DNA of 64,000 nucleotides, from the NCBI GenBank assembly GCA_965248575.1, contig CBDFJQ010000002.1, forward strand, positions 1,120,001-1,184,000, read 5' to 3'. Source of the stretch: Planctomycetota bacterium (GTDB lineage Bacteria > Planctomycetota > B15-G4). The position numbers were made by a program, and so were the translations under genes. Positions 56,030 through 64,000 of this stretch are shown here, one piece after another. The notes below the pieces were generated by a model that saw only the letters and a list, made by a program, of their open reading frames with translations, ran no database searches and was not told the DNA's origin. Within the stretch, counting starts at the first letter, position 1; each line of letters begins with the position of its first letter.

Positions 56030-57967
56030 ATGCGCACTGCACTTTCAGCTCTTCTCGTCGTGGCCCTCGCGGCCACCCCCGTGTTCGCGCACGGCGGCCA
56101 GTACAAAGGCCCGTCTGACGCAGGCGGTGGCAACTCCGCGAGCGGTGGCACCGTGGCTCCTCCGACCAACCCTGGTGGTGCAGCGGCCCCGGGCCCCGGT
56201 GCGGGCACGGCTGGCGCCGCAACCTCGACTGGCGCAGGTACTTCAGGTGGCCGCGGATCCCGTGGTGGCTCCGGGCGCACCAGCGCCACCACCGGCGCTG
56301 GCACGCTGTCCGACGCCAAGGGCTTCGAAGTCTGGGAGTTCTGGTGGGAGAACAACAAAGACCGCTTCCTGAACCTCAAGGACCGCCTGATCAGCAACAC
56401 GACCGTGTCCGGCGGAACCGGTGCCCTGACCGGCCGTGGCCGCAAGGTCACGCAAGGCAGTTCGCGCCGCCCCAGTGATGCGATGATCGAGAATGAGGTG
56501 ATCCCCGCTCTGCTCGAGTTGGTGAAGCAGTCCCAGGACCGCGACATCCTCGACTCGGCGATCCTTGCTCTGGGCCGGACCACCAAGCCCGGCAACGCCG
56601 ACCAGATCGTGGATGCGGCCATGCCGCTGCTGGCTCACTCCGAACTGTCCGTCCAATCGTCCACGGCCCTCACCTTGGGTGTGCTCGGCTCGCCCAAGGC
56701 AACCGAGGCACTGAAGAACGTGCTCCAGGACAACTCGGACGGCCGCCGCCTCACGGGTGGAGGTTCGGTGCACTGGTTGGTGCGCGCCTTCTCGGCTCTC
56801 TCCCTGGGCTTGATCGGTGACGCCGACTCCATGGCCACCCTGCAGGACGTGGTCGTCCGGCTCGGTGACAAGGACAAGGACATCAAGGTCTGTGCCATCG
56901 TTGCCCTCGGGCTCGTGGGCGAGGATCTCGCGGATGACGCCGCTGACTTCCTGGTGGAGCAGCTAGCCGACAAGCGCATGGATCCATTGATCGCCAGCTA
57001 CATCCCCACGTCCCTCGGCAAGCTCAATGCCACGAAGGCCGTCGGCCCCTTGTTGAACGTCTTCACCGACCGCGACTCCGACAACCTTCTCGTTCAGTCT
57101 GCTGCCATCGGCCTCGGCCAGCTGGCCGGCATCGAGAACGACGGCGTCGTGGAGGCACTGCTCGACTACGTGAAGGAAGGCAAGGATCAGCAGAGCCGCC
57201 ACTTCTCCCTCATCTCGCTCGCCCAGATCGGTGCTCGCGATGAGGATGTGGCTTCCCACGCGGAGGCTCACGAGGCCATCACGGGGCAGCTCGGCAAGGA
57301 GATCCAGGGCAAGGGCAAGAGCAAGGATCACCGCTCCTGGGCCGCTTTGGCAGGTGCCATCTACAGTCGCTCGCAGGAGGCGTCGCAGCCTGACTTCATC
57401 ACCCGCATCAAGGCTGCGTACACCAAGGAGAGCAACCCTTCCTTCAAGAGTTCCTTCGCTGTGGCCCTGGGCCTGCTGAACGACTACGCGTCGGCCGAGG
57501 ACATCTTCAATGACTTCAAGAAGCGCAAGGAGACAGACTTCCGTGGCTACGCCAGCATCGCCCTGGGTTTCATGAACTACACCGATGCGAGTGATGCCCT
57601 GCGCGGTCTCAGCCAGAACAAGGGCACCACGCCCACGCTGCGACTCCAGGCTGCAACGGGCCTTGGCCTCATGAGTGACACCCAGGCAGTGGGTACGCTC
57701 ATCGAGACCTTGAAGACGGCCAGCACCCTGGGTGTCAGCTCTGCTGTCGCCAAGGCGCTGGGTCTGATCGGTGACCGCGACTCCATCGGCCCGCTGAAGG
57801 AAGTGGCAACAGACGAGAGTCAGCAGAAGCTGACCCGCGCCTTTGCCTGTGTTGCCCTCGGCATCGTCGGCGAGAAGACCGATCTTCCCTGGAACGCCGT
57901 CATCAGCGCGAACAACAACTACCGCGCCAAGACGCCCTCCATCGAAGAGGTGCTCGACATCCTCTAG
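56030..57967 (+). CDS. Secreted HEAT/armadillo-repeat protein with Gly-rich N-terminus
   Basis: Signal MRTALSALLVVALAATPVFA-HGGQYKGP; repeated A..ALG..G units; followed by a strong hairpin. Confidence 0.85.
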   Translation: MRTALSALLVVALAATPVFAHGGQYKGPSDAGGGNSASGGTVAPPTNPGGAAAPGPGAGTAGAATSTGAGTSGGRGSRGGSGRTSATTGAGTLSDAKGFEVWEFWWENNKDRFLNLKDRLISNTTVSGGTGALTGRGRKVTQGSSRRPSDAMIENEVIPALLELVKQSQDRDILDSAILALGRTTKPGNADQIVDAAMPLLAHSELSVQSSTALTLGVLGSPKATEALKNVLQDNSDGRRLTGGGSVHWLVRAFSALSLGLIGDADSMATLQDVVVRLGDKDKDIKVCAIVALGLVGEDLADDAADFLVEQLADKRMDPLIASYIPTSLGKLNATKAVGPLLNVFTDRDSDNLLVQSAAIGLGQLAGIENDGVVEALLDYVKEGKDQQSRHFSLISLAQIGARDEDVASHAEAHEAITGQLGKEIQGKGKSKDHRSWAALAGAIYSRSQEASQPDFITRIKAAYTKESNPSFKSSFAVALGLLNDYASAEDIFNDFKKRKETDFRGYASIALGFMNYTDASDALRGLSQNKGTTPTLRLQAATGLGLMSDTQAVGTLIETLKTASTLGVSSAVAKALGLIGDRDSIGPLKEVATDESQQKLTRAFACVALGIVGEKTDLPWNAVISANNNYRAKTPSIEEVLDIL

Positions 57968-58001
57968 GGGCAAGCGCCCTTCAACGATGTCGTGCTTCAC
58001 G

Positions 58002-58048
58002 AAGCGGGGCCGAGTTCAGCGCATGCGGACTCGGCCCCGCTTTCGTTT
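58002..58048 (+). terminator. Rho-independent terminator-like hairpin
   Basis: 14-bp stem AAGCGGGGCCGAGT / ACTCGGCCCCGCTT followed by TCGTTT, between convergent genes. Confidence 0.75.
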
Positions 58049-58139
58049 GCGCCGAATCGCGCACGACGACTGGGCATCCTGGACGAGACGCGCAACGCAC
58101 AGCCCATCTGGCTCGCGTTGAAGACTCCGAGGAACGCGC

Positions 58140-60107
58140 CTAGGCGGACTGCGGTGAACGGCCGAGGCTGCGGTACACCTGCACCAAGGCTGCAAGCGAA
58201 AGCAGTAGCACGCCGCCAACGCTCCACTGGATCAGTGTGAGCGCACTCGCCAAACGCATCCGGCGGTCAATGGAAGGCTGCGCAAGTTGGGCATTCGCTC
58301 CCGCCGTGTCGGCGATCTGGCGCTGGGCAGGTGAGAGATCCGCCCCGTTTCCAGCCGCGTCATACTCATGCACTGCGAGTTCCCACTGCCCGCGCTCGAA
58401 GGCAATGTTGCCGAGCAGGAGGTGGGCACGTGCGGCGCGCTCTCCGCTGGCCTCTGGCAGCATCGCCGTGAGCAGCGATTCGACCTCTGACCAGCGCGTT
58501 TGTGCCATCAGGCCCGCGGCGCGAAGCAAGGCATCTTCCCCCGCCTGAAGCTCCAGCGTTGAGGGGCTGCGCAGCGACTGTCCCTTCCAGCTCGCATGGG
58601 CCAGGGCCTCGACGGGTGCTGCGCCATCCAGCAACGGCCCATCGTGCGCCGGATCCACACGGCCCATCGCTTGGCTGTCCCAGAGCCAATCCAAGCCGAT
58701 GCCGCCACCATCGAGGGCAGGGAGCGCGGTCGGCTGCACCGCTGCCCGCAGCGCCTCGCGAGTCAGGGAACCGCCGCGGGAGCCCATCAGCAACATGTTT
58801 CGTGTGCCAGGCACTCGTCCCAGCACCGACTCCTCGAAGACCGAGGCGAACGTCCCCGCAACCGCATTGACCACGGGATCTTCGCGCCCTGTCCCTCCGA
58901 TGTTCAGCGCCGCCACACCTCCTTCCAGCAGATGGTCGAACACGCTCTGGAAGAACTCCTGGGTGCAAAGGTGTGCAGGCAGGTAAACCTGCTGGGCGTA
59001 GGCATCCATGAGGATGGCGCCGTAACGCCCTGCGTCAGAACCCAGCGCGACCCGCCCGTCCACTCCCTCGACCGTGTCCACTCCTGCCGGCAGGTCGAAC
59101 CAACGGCGGCCGAGTTCCACGATCTCCGCGTCGATCTCGACCCCGCGCACTCGGGCTCCCGGATCCACACGCAAGAGCTGACGGGCCATGGTTCCTGCAG
59201 CGAGACCGATGATCAGCACGTCCCGTTCACCGCCCGCCCCCTTGGGTGCCGCCAAGGCTGGCGCAAGGAAGGCGTCGAAGTAGGTGCCAGACCAGAAGCT
59301 GTTCGGGTCGTAGAGCGAGTGGAAGCTGTCGAGCCCCTCGTTGAGTCGAAGCGCCCGAACGCCATCCTCCATCTCCACGACCTGCGCAAGCTGATAGGGC
59401 GTCTCACGCACTTCCAGAACGGTTCCGTCGGTCGCCCGACTGGCCGGCAGAAAGGCTGCCGCAGCAGGCAGCAGGAGCAGCAGCACTCGCCCCTTGCCAC
59501 CTTGCGAGCGCGCGACACGCTGGACAAGCAGCGCAATGCCCAACAGGAGCGCGCCCGCCACCCGAACAGCCCAAGCCGAGCCGACAGTCGACAACAGCAG
59601 GTGCGTGGCACCGAAGGTGCCGATCAGACTCCCAATCGTCCCGGCCCCCAAGAGTCGCCCAGCGACCTTGCCGGGCAGGCGCTGCGCGTCTGGTGACAGC
59701 CGCACCAGGCCCGGGGTCATGGCGCCGAGGGCCACCAGGGGGAAGCCCAGTGACACGAGGGAGACAAGCAAGGAACCCCAGGTCACGAAGGGATAGGCCT
59801 CGAGCAAGGGCAGCTCGCTGGGCACGACAGCCGCACCGAGTGCCCCGACGATGTCCGGCAGGGCAAGGGACCAAGCCCCCGCCAGGAACAGCAGGAGCGC
59901 CGGCCGGGGACCGCGAGCCGACTCAGCCCAGCGCCCGCCCAACCACTGCCCCGCAGCCAACGCGGCCAGGACCACGCCAATCACGTTCGTCCAAACGGGT
60001 TGGCTCTGACCGAACCACGGCGCCATGAGCCGGACGGCCATCAGCTCCAGCACCATCACGGCCGCACCCGTGAGCGCGGCCACGACGGTCAGCCAGGAGT
60101 TACTCAA
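58140..60107 (-). CDS. Fused membrane / spermidine-synthase-like methyltransferase with C-terminal TPR and TM
   Basis: MVLELMAVRLMAPWFG...WTNVIG TM block; IIGLAAGT, VEIDAEIV, DGR, MDAY; HLLLGNIAFERGQWELA TPR. Confidence 0.85.
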   Translation of the reverse strand: MSNSWLTVVAALTGAAVMVLELMAVRLMAPWFGQSQPVWTNVIGVVLAALAAGQWLGGRWAESARGPRPALLLFLAGAWSLALPDIVGALGAAVVPSELPLLEAYPFVTWGSLLVSLVSLGFPLVALGAMTPGLVRLSPDAQRLPGKVAGRLLGAGTIGSLIGTFGATHLLLSTVGSAWAVRVAGALLLGIALLVQRVARSQGGKGRVLLLLLPAAAAFLPASRATDGTVLEVRETPYQLAQVVEMEDGVRALRLNEGLDSFHSLYDPNSFWSGTYFDAFLAPALAAPKGAGGERDVLIIGLAAGTMARQLLRVDPGARVRGVEIDAEIVELGRRWFDLPAGVDTVEGVDGRVALGSDAGRYGAILMDAYAQQVYLPAHLCTQEFFQSVFDHLLEGGVAALNIGGTGREDPVVNAVAGTFASVFEESVLGRVPGTRNMLLMGSRGGSLTREALRAAVQPTALPALDGGGIGLDWLWDSQAMGRVDPAHDGPLLDGAAPVEALAHASWKGQSLRSPSTLELQAGEDALLRAAGLMAQTRWSEVESLLTAMLPEASGERAARAHLLLGNIAFERGQWELAVHEYDAAGNGADLSPAQRQIADTAGANAQLAQPSIDRRMRLASALTLIQWSVGGVLLLSLAALVQVYRSLGRSPQSA

Positions 60108-60140
60108 GCCGTGGCTCCATCATCCGGACCTCGTTGGAAG

Positions 60141-61529
60141 TCAATCGCCGCCCGGAAGGTTCGCGTCGATCTCTTCGATGCGCTCGCTCGCCGTGTAGAG
60201 ACCGTAGTCGCCTGAGTTGTTGAAGAAGCGGGTCTCCAGCAGATCGCGCAAGCTGCGCTTGATCATCTTTCGGCTGACCTTCTCCTCGCCGTTCACCTTG
60301 ATGGTCACCGGCTTGTCGAGGTTGACCAGCGAATCGGAGAGGTACACGAACATCTCGAGCACGTTGACGCATTCGATCTCGATCGTGTTCGTGCCGCGGT
60401 CGATGCGCGCTTGGATACGCGGAAAGTCCGCATCGCCGGGCTGTGCCGTGACCCGGCGGTTGATGTTCGTCGCCGTGCACCAGTTGATGCTCCCGAAGCG
60501 CACGTCACCGAGCTTGTACTCAAACTCCGTCGGGGAGGGATCCCGGCGACAGCCCTCAAGCCACGTCGCCACCGAGCCCAACGCCTCCGCATCGGGGCTC
60601 AAGGCGGAGGTGCCAAGCTCCACGACCTCCGCGTCGACGCCATCGGCCCCCGTCAAGACGTCCACCGAATCCGGAGCCTCATCACCTGTGCCCTTGAGAT
60701 ACATCACGGGCACCGTCGCCAGGTTGCTGTAGATGAGCTCGGACGACTCCACCGGCGAGGACCGCAGCAGCAGCCCCGAGAAGAAGGGCGTGGTGGTCGC
60801 GAGCCGCAATGCATCAGTACCAGCGTCTGCCCATCCATCGAGCACCACCCGGGTCCGATCGAACGGGAGCTGCTCCAGCAGCGTGCGGTAGGCCGTGAAG
60901 AAGACGTACATGCCCGCGTCCCCCACCCAGCTTTCGTCCAGTTCCGTTGTCTCCGCCTTGCGACCCTCACCCGACTCCAACCCGATCGGAATGAGGATGA
61001 TGTGCGACTCGCTCAAGCTGCCATAGGCCGCCGCCGCCTCGTCGCCCAGCTGCTCTTCGAGCTTCTTTCCAGACTGACCCACGGTGTGCTTGAGGCTGAC
61101 GATCGCGGGCAAGATCGCCCCACCCTTGGCGACTGCGGGGATGGACAGCAGGGAGACAACCCGCCGCCCCTCGGGATCCCACGGATCCGCGAACACATGC
61201 CGGAAGAAGCCCCTGCCGTAGTTGCTGGTGAGATCGCGCCCGGGGGATTTCGACGTCTCGAGCAGGAAGTCCCAGTCGCCGGTATAGGCCAACAGCGAGC
61301 CGTCGACCTTGGCCTTCTTGGCGGCCTTCGCCAGCGCGGACTCCAGCTTCCCGAGCGTCGAGACCTGAGCTTGGCGATCGTCCTCATCCAGAGCCTCGAA
61401 GAAGGCATTGACGTCCTTGCTCATCTTCGTCAAATCCCGATCGGACACACCCGAGCGGGCCAGGCCATCCTCGTCAGCCGGCCACAGCAACAGCGCCGGG
61501 ATGAGCAGCAGGTGAGCAATCATCAACAT
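60141..61529 (-). CDS. Secreted hypothetical protein, degenerate alpha/beta-hydrolase-like
   Basis: Signal-like N-terminus; FDRTRVVLDGWADAG in place of GxSxG; C-terminal LSDSLVNLDKPVTIKVNG. Confidence 0.55.
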   Translation of the reverse strand: MLMIAHLLLIPALLLWPADEDGLARSGVSDRDLTKMSKDVNAFFEALDEDDRQAQVSTLGKLESALAKAAKKAKVDGSLLAYTGDWDFLLETSKSPGRDLTSNYGRGFFRHVFADPWDPEGRRVVSLLSIPAVAKGGAILPAIVSLKHTVGQSGKKLEEQLGDEAAAAYGSLSESHIILIPIGLESGEGRKAETTELDESWVGDAGMYVFFTAYRTLLEQLPFDRTRVVLDGWADAGTDALRLATTTPFFSGLLLRSSPVESSELIYSNLATVPVMYLKGTGDEAPDSVDVLTGADGVDAEVVELGTSALSPDAEALGSVATWLEGCRRDPSPTEFEYKLGDVRFGSINWCTATNINRRVTAQPGDADFPRIQARIDRGTNTIEIECVNVLEMFVYLSDSLVNLDKPVTIKVNGEEKVSRKMIKRSLRDLLETRFFNNSGDYGLYTASERIEEIDANLPGGD

Positions 61530-61647
61530 GTCTCCAATGGGTGTTTCCGCCAGGGGGCGGAACCCGGAACCAAAGGTGATCCCCGGTGAACAGAAAGTGT
61601 AGCGGGCCCGTGAAGGGGTTCACAACCGACGGCTGGGGGCTCGGAAA

Positions 61648-63168
61648 TCAGTCTGGCCGCCCTGCCCGAAACCTCAAATAGAGGGCTCGATCGCGCTCAG
61701 GCTCCTGCCTCAGCACGTCCTCAAGAAGTCGAACGGCTTCCGGGACCGAGCCGGACGGGTGCCCCAGATGCCAGGCGGCGAGGTTCTCCCGGGCATCTTG
61801 TGAGCCAGGCAGTCCGATGGCCGCTTCCAGCAGGAGCTTCTCCCCCGCAGCGTCACCAGCTCCAGCGGCAGCCAGGGCCGCATCGTTCAAGAGGTCGGAG
61901 CGTTCGGGCAGCAAGACCAGCAGTTCGTCCCAAGCGCGCTTCGCCTTGTCCTTGCGACCCGAGCGCCACAGAGTCAGCGCCCGGTTGCGAGCCGCCCGCT
62001 CATCGCGGTGCTCGATCTCCATGGCCATGTCATACACCGCCAAGGCCTCCTCCCAGCGCCGGGCCAGGCCCAAGGTGTCGGCGACGTCCAAGAGGATCGA
62101 GAAGGCTTCCCAGTCTCGCGCTGAGGCTCGGGGCTGCAGCAAGGCCACGGCCTGCTCGAATCGCTCCAGCCTCAGCAACAGCGATGCGTGGGCCCGATCA
62201 TAGGCCGGGCTGCGCCCCGTGCTGGCATCCACCGACGCCAGGGCCGCCTCTGCTTCAGGGCCGCGTCCGAGCTGATCCAGCGCATGAGCCTTCGCCCACG
62301 CCACCGTCTCGGAGACCTGACCTGGGCGCGCCCCTCGCAAGCTGTCCAAGCGCGTGAGCCGAGCCTCGGCATGCTCCGCCCCCGGCAAGATCAGCAGCAG
62401 CGTCTTGAGCAGCGTGTTGTCATCGGCTTCGCCATCCAGCGCCCTCTGCCAGGCGTCCGCGGCCGTCACCGAATCACCGGCCGCCGCTGCGGCCTCCGCC
62501 CAGCTGAGCGCGTAGAGGGCGCGATCGGGAGCCGCATCCGAGGCCCGCTCCAGCCAGGACAACACCGTGACATCGGGCGCTCGTGAGGGTCCGTTCGACG
62601 ACGCCGATCCGGCTGGCCCCACCCACTCCATCCACCCTCGAAGGAAGGCAGCATAGGGCTGGGCCGTCAGCTTCCAGGCCTGCTCCAGGTCCTGTTTGAG
62701 GGACGCGTCCGCTCCCTCTCGATAGCGGGCCCCTTGATAGCGAGCCTCGAACCACCATTCCGAGACCGTGTGCTCGGAGAGTCCGTTCAGGGATTCGCTC
62801 CCCGCCGCCTGATCCCAACTGCCCAACGCAGCTGCCAACTCCTCGGTGGCGCGCTGCAGCAGGGCTGCGCCCAAATCTTGCGAGAACTCATCGCCGCCCA
62901 ACAACAGCAAGGCGCGCTGAGCGCTGGCGCGCCCCAACCAGGCCCGGGCGGCCACAGCCTGACCGGCGTCTTGCCCCACGTCCTGGAGCGCCAACTGCTG
63001 CTCTGCCGCGGAGAGGAGTTCGCTCCAAAGCCCTTGCTCGGCCAGCTCTGCAAAAGACGGCCCATCCTGCAGGACTGCTGAGGCCGAGGCTGTCGGCATG
63101 GGGCCCGCAGCCACAAAGGCCGCAACGAGCAGGCACAGGAAGCGGAGATATGTTGGAGAGCGCATCAC
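61648..63168 (-). CDS. Secreted tetratricopeptide-repeat protein
   Basis: Signal peptide ending ASASA; TPR-like units (RWEEALAVYDMAMEI, AARNRALTLWRSG). Confidence 0.7.
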   Translation of the reverse strand: MMRSPTYLRFLCLLVAAFVAAGPMPTASASAVLQDGPSFAELAEQGLWSELLSAAEQQLALQDVGQDAGQAVAARAWLGRASAQRALLLLGGDEFSQDLGAALLQRATEELAAALGSWDQAAGSESLNGLSEHTVSEWWFEARYQGARYREGADASLKQDLEQAWKLTAQPYAAFLRGWMEWVGPAGSASSNGPSRAPDVTVLSWLERASDAAPDRALYALSWAEAAAAAGDSVTAADAWQRALDGEADDNTLLKTLLLILPGAEHAEARLTRLDSLRGARPGQVSETVAWAKAHALDQLGRGPEAEAALASVDASTGRSPAYDRAHASLLLRLERFEQAVALLQPRASARDWEAFSILLDVADTLGLARRWEEALAVYDMAMEIEHRDERAARNRALTLWRSGRKDKAKRAWDELLVLLPERSDLLNDAALAAAGAGDAAGEKLLLEAAIGLPGSQDARENLAAWHLGHPSGSVPEAVRLLEDVLRQEPERDRALYLRFRAGRPD

Positions 63169-63176
63169 CCCAACAC

Positions 63177-64000
63177 CTACAGTTCGGCGCTCCCCTCGTA
63201 ACGCACCTTGCGCTCGCCTGCTTCGAGGCGCCCCATCACCACGGGCTGCGCCCCTGCTGCCTTGAGGCTGGCGAGCATGCGCTCCACCTCGGTCGCCTGC
63301 ACGGCGAGGATCATGCCCAGGCCCATGTTGAAGGTGCGGTCCATCTCGTCGCGCTCCACCGGCCCGAGTTGTGCCATGTGCACGAAGACAGGAGGCACCT
63401 CCCAGGCGTCCCGGTCGACCACCGCGCCAATGCCCTCCGGGAGCACGCGCGGCAGGTTGTCGGTAAAGCCACCTCCAGTGATGTGCGCCATGGCGTGCAA
63501 GGCAGGGTCCTTCAACAAGCCGCGAAGCTCCGGAAGATAGCAGTGGTGTGTGGCGAGCAGCGCTTCACCCACCGTCCCAGGCAATCCGGGCAAGGTGGCG
63601 TCCGGCTCAAGGCCCGCCCGCTCAAAGAAGATCTTCTGGGCGAGGGAGTAGCCGTTGGTGTGCAGCCCGGTGGACGGCAATCCGATCAGCACGTCGTCAG
63701 CGCGCACCCGCTCTGGGCCCAGGATGTCGCCGCGATCCATCACGCCGACGATGAAGCCCGCCAAGTCGAAGTCGCCGCGGCCGTAGAGCCCGGGCATCTC
63801 GGCCGTCTCACCGCCGATCAATGCCACACCTTGCTCGCCGCAAGCACGCGCGAAGCCCGAGACAATGCCCTCCACCATGCCCGGCTCGAAATGCCCAGCC
63901 GCGACGTAGTCCATGAAGAACAGGGGCGTCGCACCCATCACGAGGATGTCGTCGATGCAGTGATTCACCAGATCCGCCCCGACGGTGTCGAAGCGCTGCA
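63177..64000 (-). CDS. purM: Phosphoribosylformylglycinamidine cyclo-ligase (5' truncated)
   Basis: DLVNHCIDDILVMGATPLFFMDY, GGETAEMPG, GLHTNGYSL, AHITGGG, RTFNMGLG. Confidence 0.97.
   Translation of the reverse strand, partial: QRFDTVGADLVNHCIDDILVMGATPLFFMDYVAAGHFEPGMVEGIVSGFARACGEQGVALIGGETAEMPGLYGRGDFDLAGFIVGVMDRGDILGPERVRADDVLIGLPSTGLHTNGYSLAQKIFFERAGLEPDATLPGLPGTVGEALLATHHCYLPELRGLLKDPALHAMAHITGGGFTDNLPRVLPEGIGAVVDRDAWEVPPVFVHMAQLGPVERDEMDRTFNMGLGMILAVQATEVERMLASLKAAGAQPVVMGRLEAGERKVRYEGSAEL

Overview
GC-rich, gene-dense chromosomal window with about 52 CDS and one tRNA-Val(CAC). No rRNA, CRISPR array, integrase or transposase was recognised. The gene families present (secretin-like, HEAT/TPR and multiheme lipoproteins, a small conserved protein at 53130) suggest an uncultured Planctomycetota-type bacterium; this is inference only. 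Much is housekeeping: natAB-like ABC, NifU, CvpA, rsmJ, M20 peptidase, cutA, USP, PilT, pcp, rarA, OsmC, arginase, YqgE, bacilliredoxin, LPS kinase/GT4, ino1, purM. The most notable items are: (1) a Dlt/Alg-like envelope acylation module (SGNH-like protein, MBOAT ending FIYFQF, acyl carrier protein) paired with an LnmK/Pnap_2097-type enzyme instead of an adenylating ligase; (2) a translationally coupled ECF sigma / zinc anti-sigma / tandem secretin-domain / PHP hydrolase unit; (3) two NrdR-like boxes 32 bp apart in front of a small Sm-fold-like orphan rather than a ribonucleotide reductase; (4) a dif-like XerCD site at about 16.8 kb; (5) odd architectures: a PDZ-inserted DAACS symporter, a triple amidohydrolase fusion, a nucleotidase-like/tetraheme/TPR lipoprotein, an EgtB/OvoA-like protein apparently lacking the catalytic Tyr loop, a PTPS-III-type QueD homolog, and tandem B12 radical SAM paralogs. 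All calls come from reading motifs by eye, with no database searches; several start codons are my estimates.
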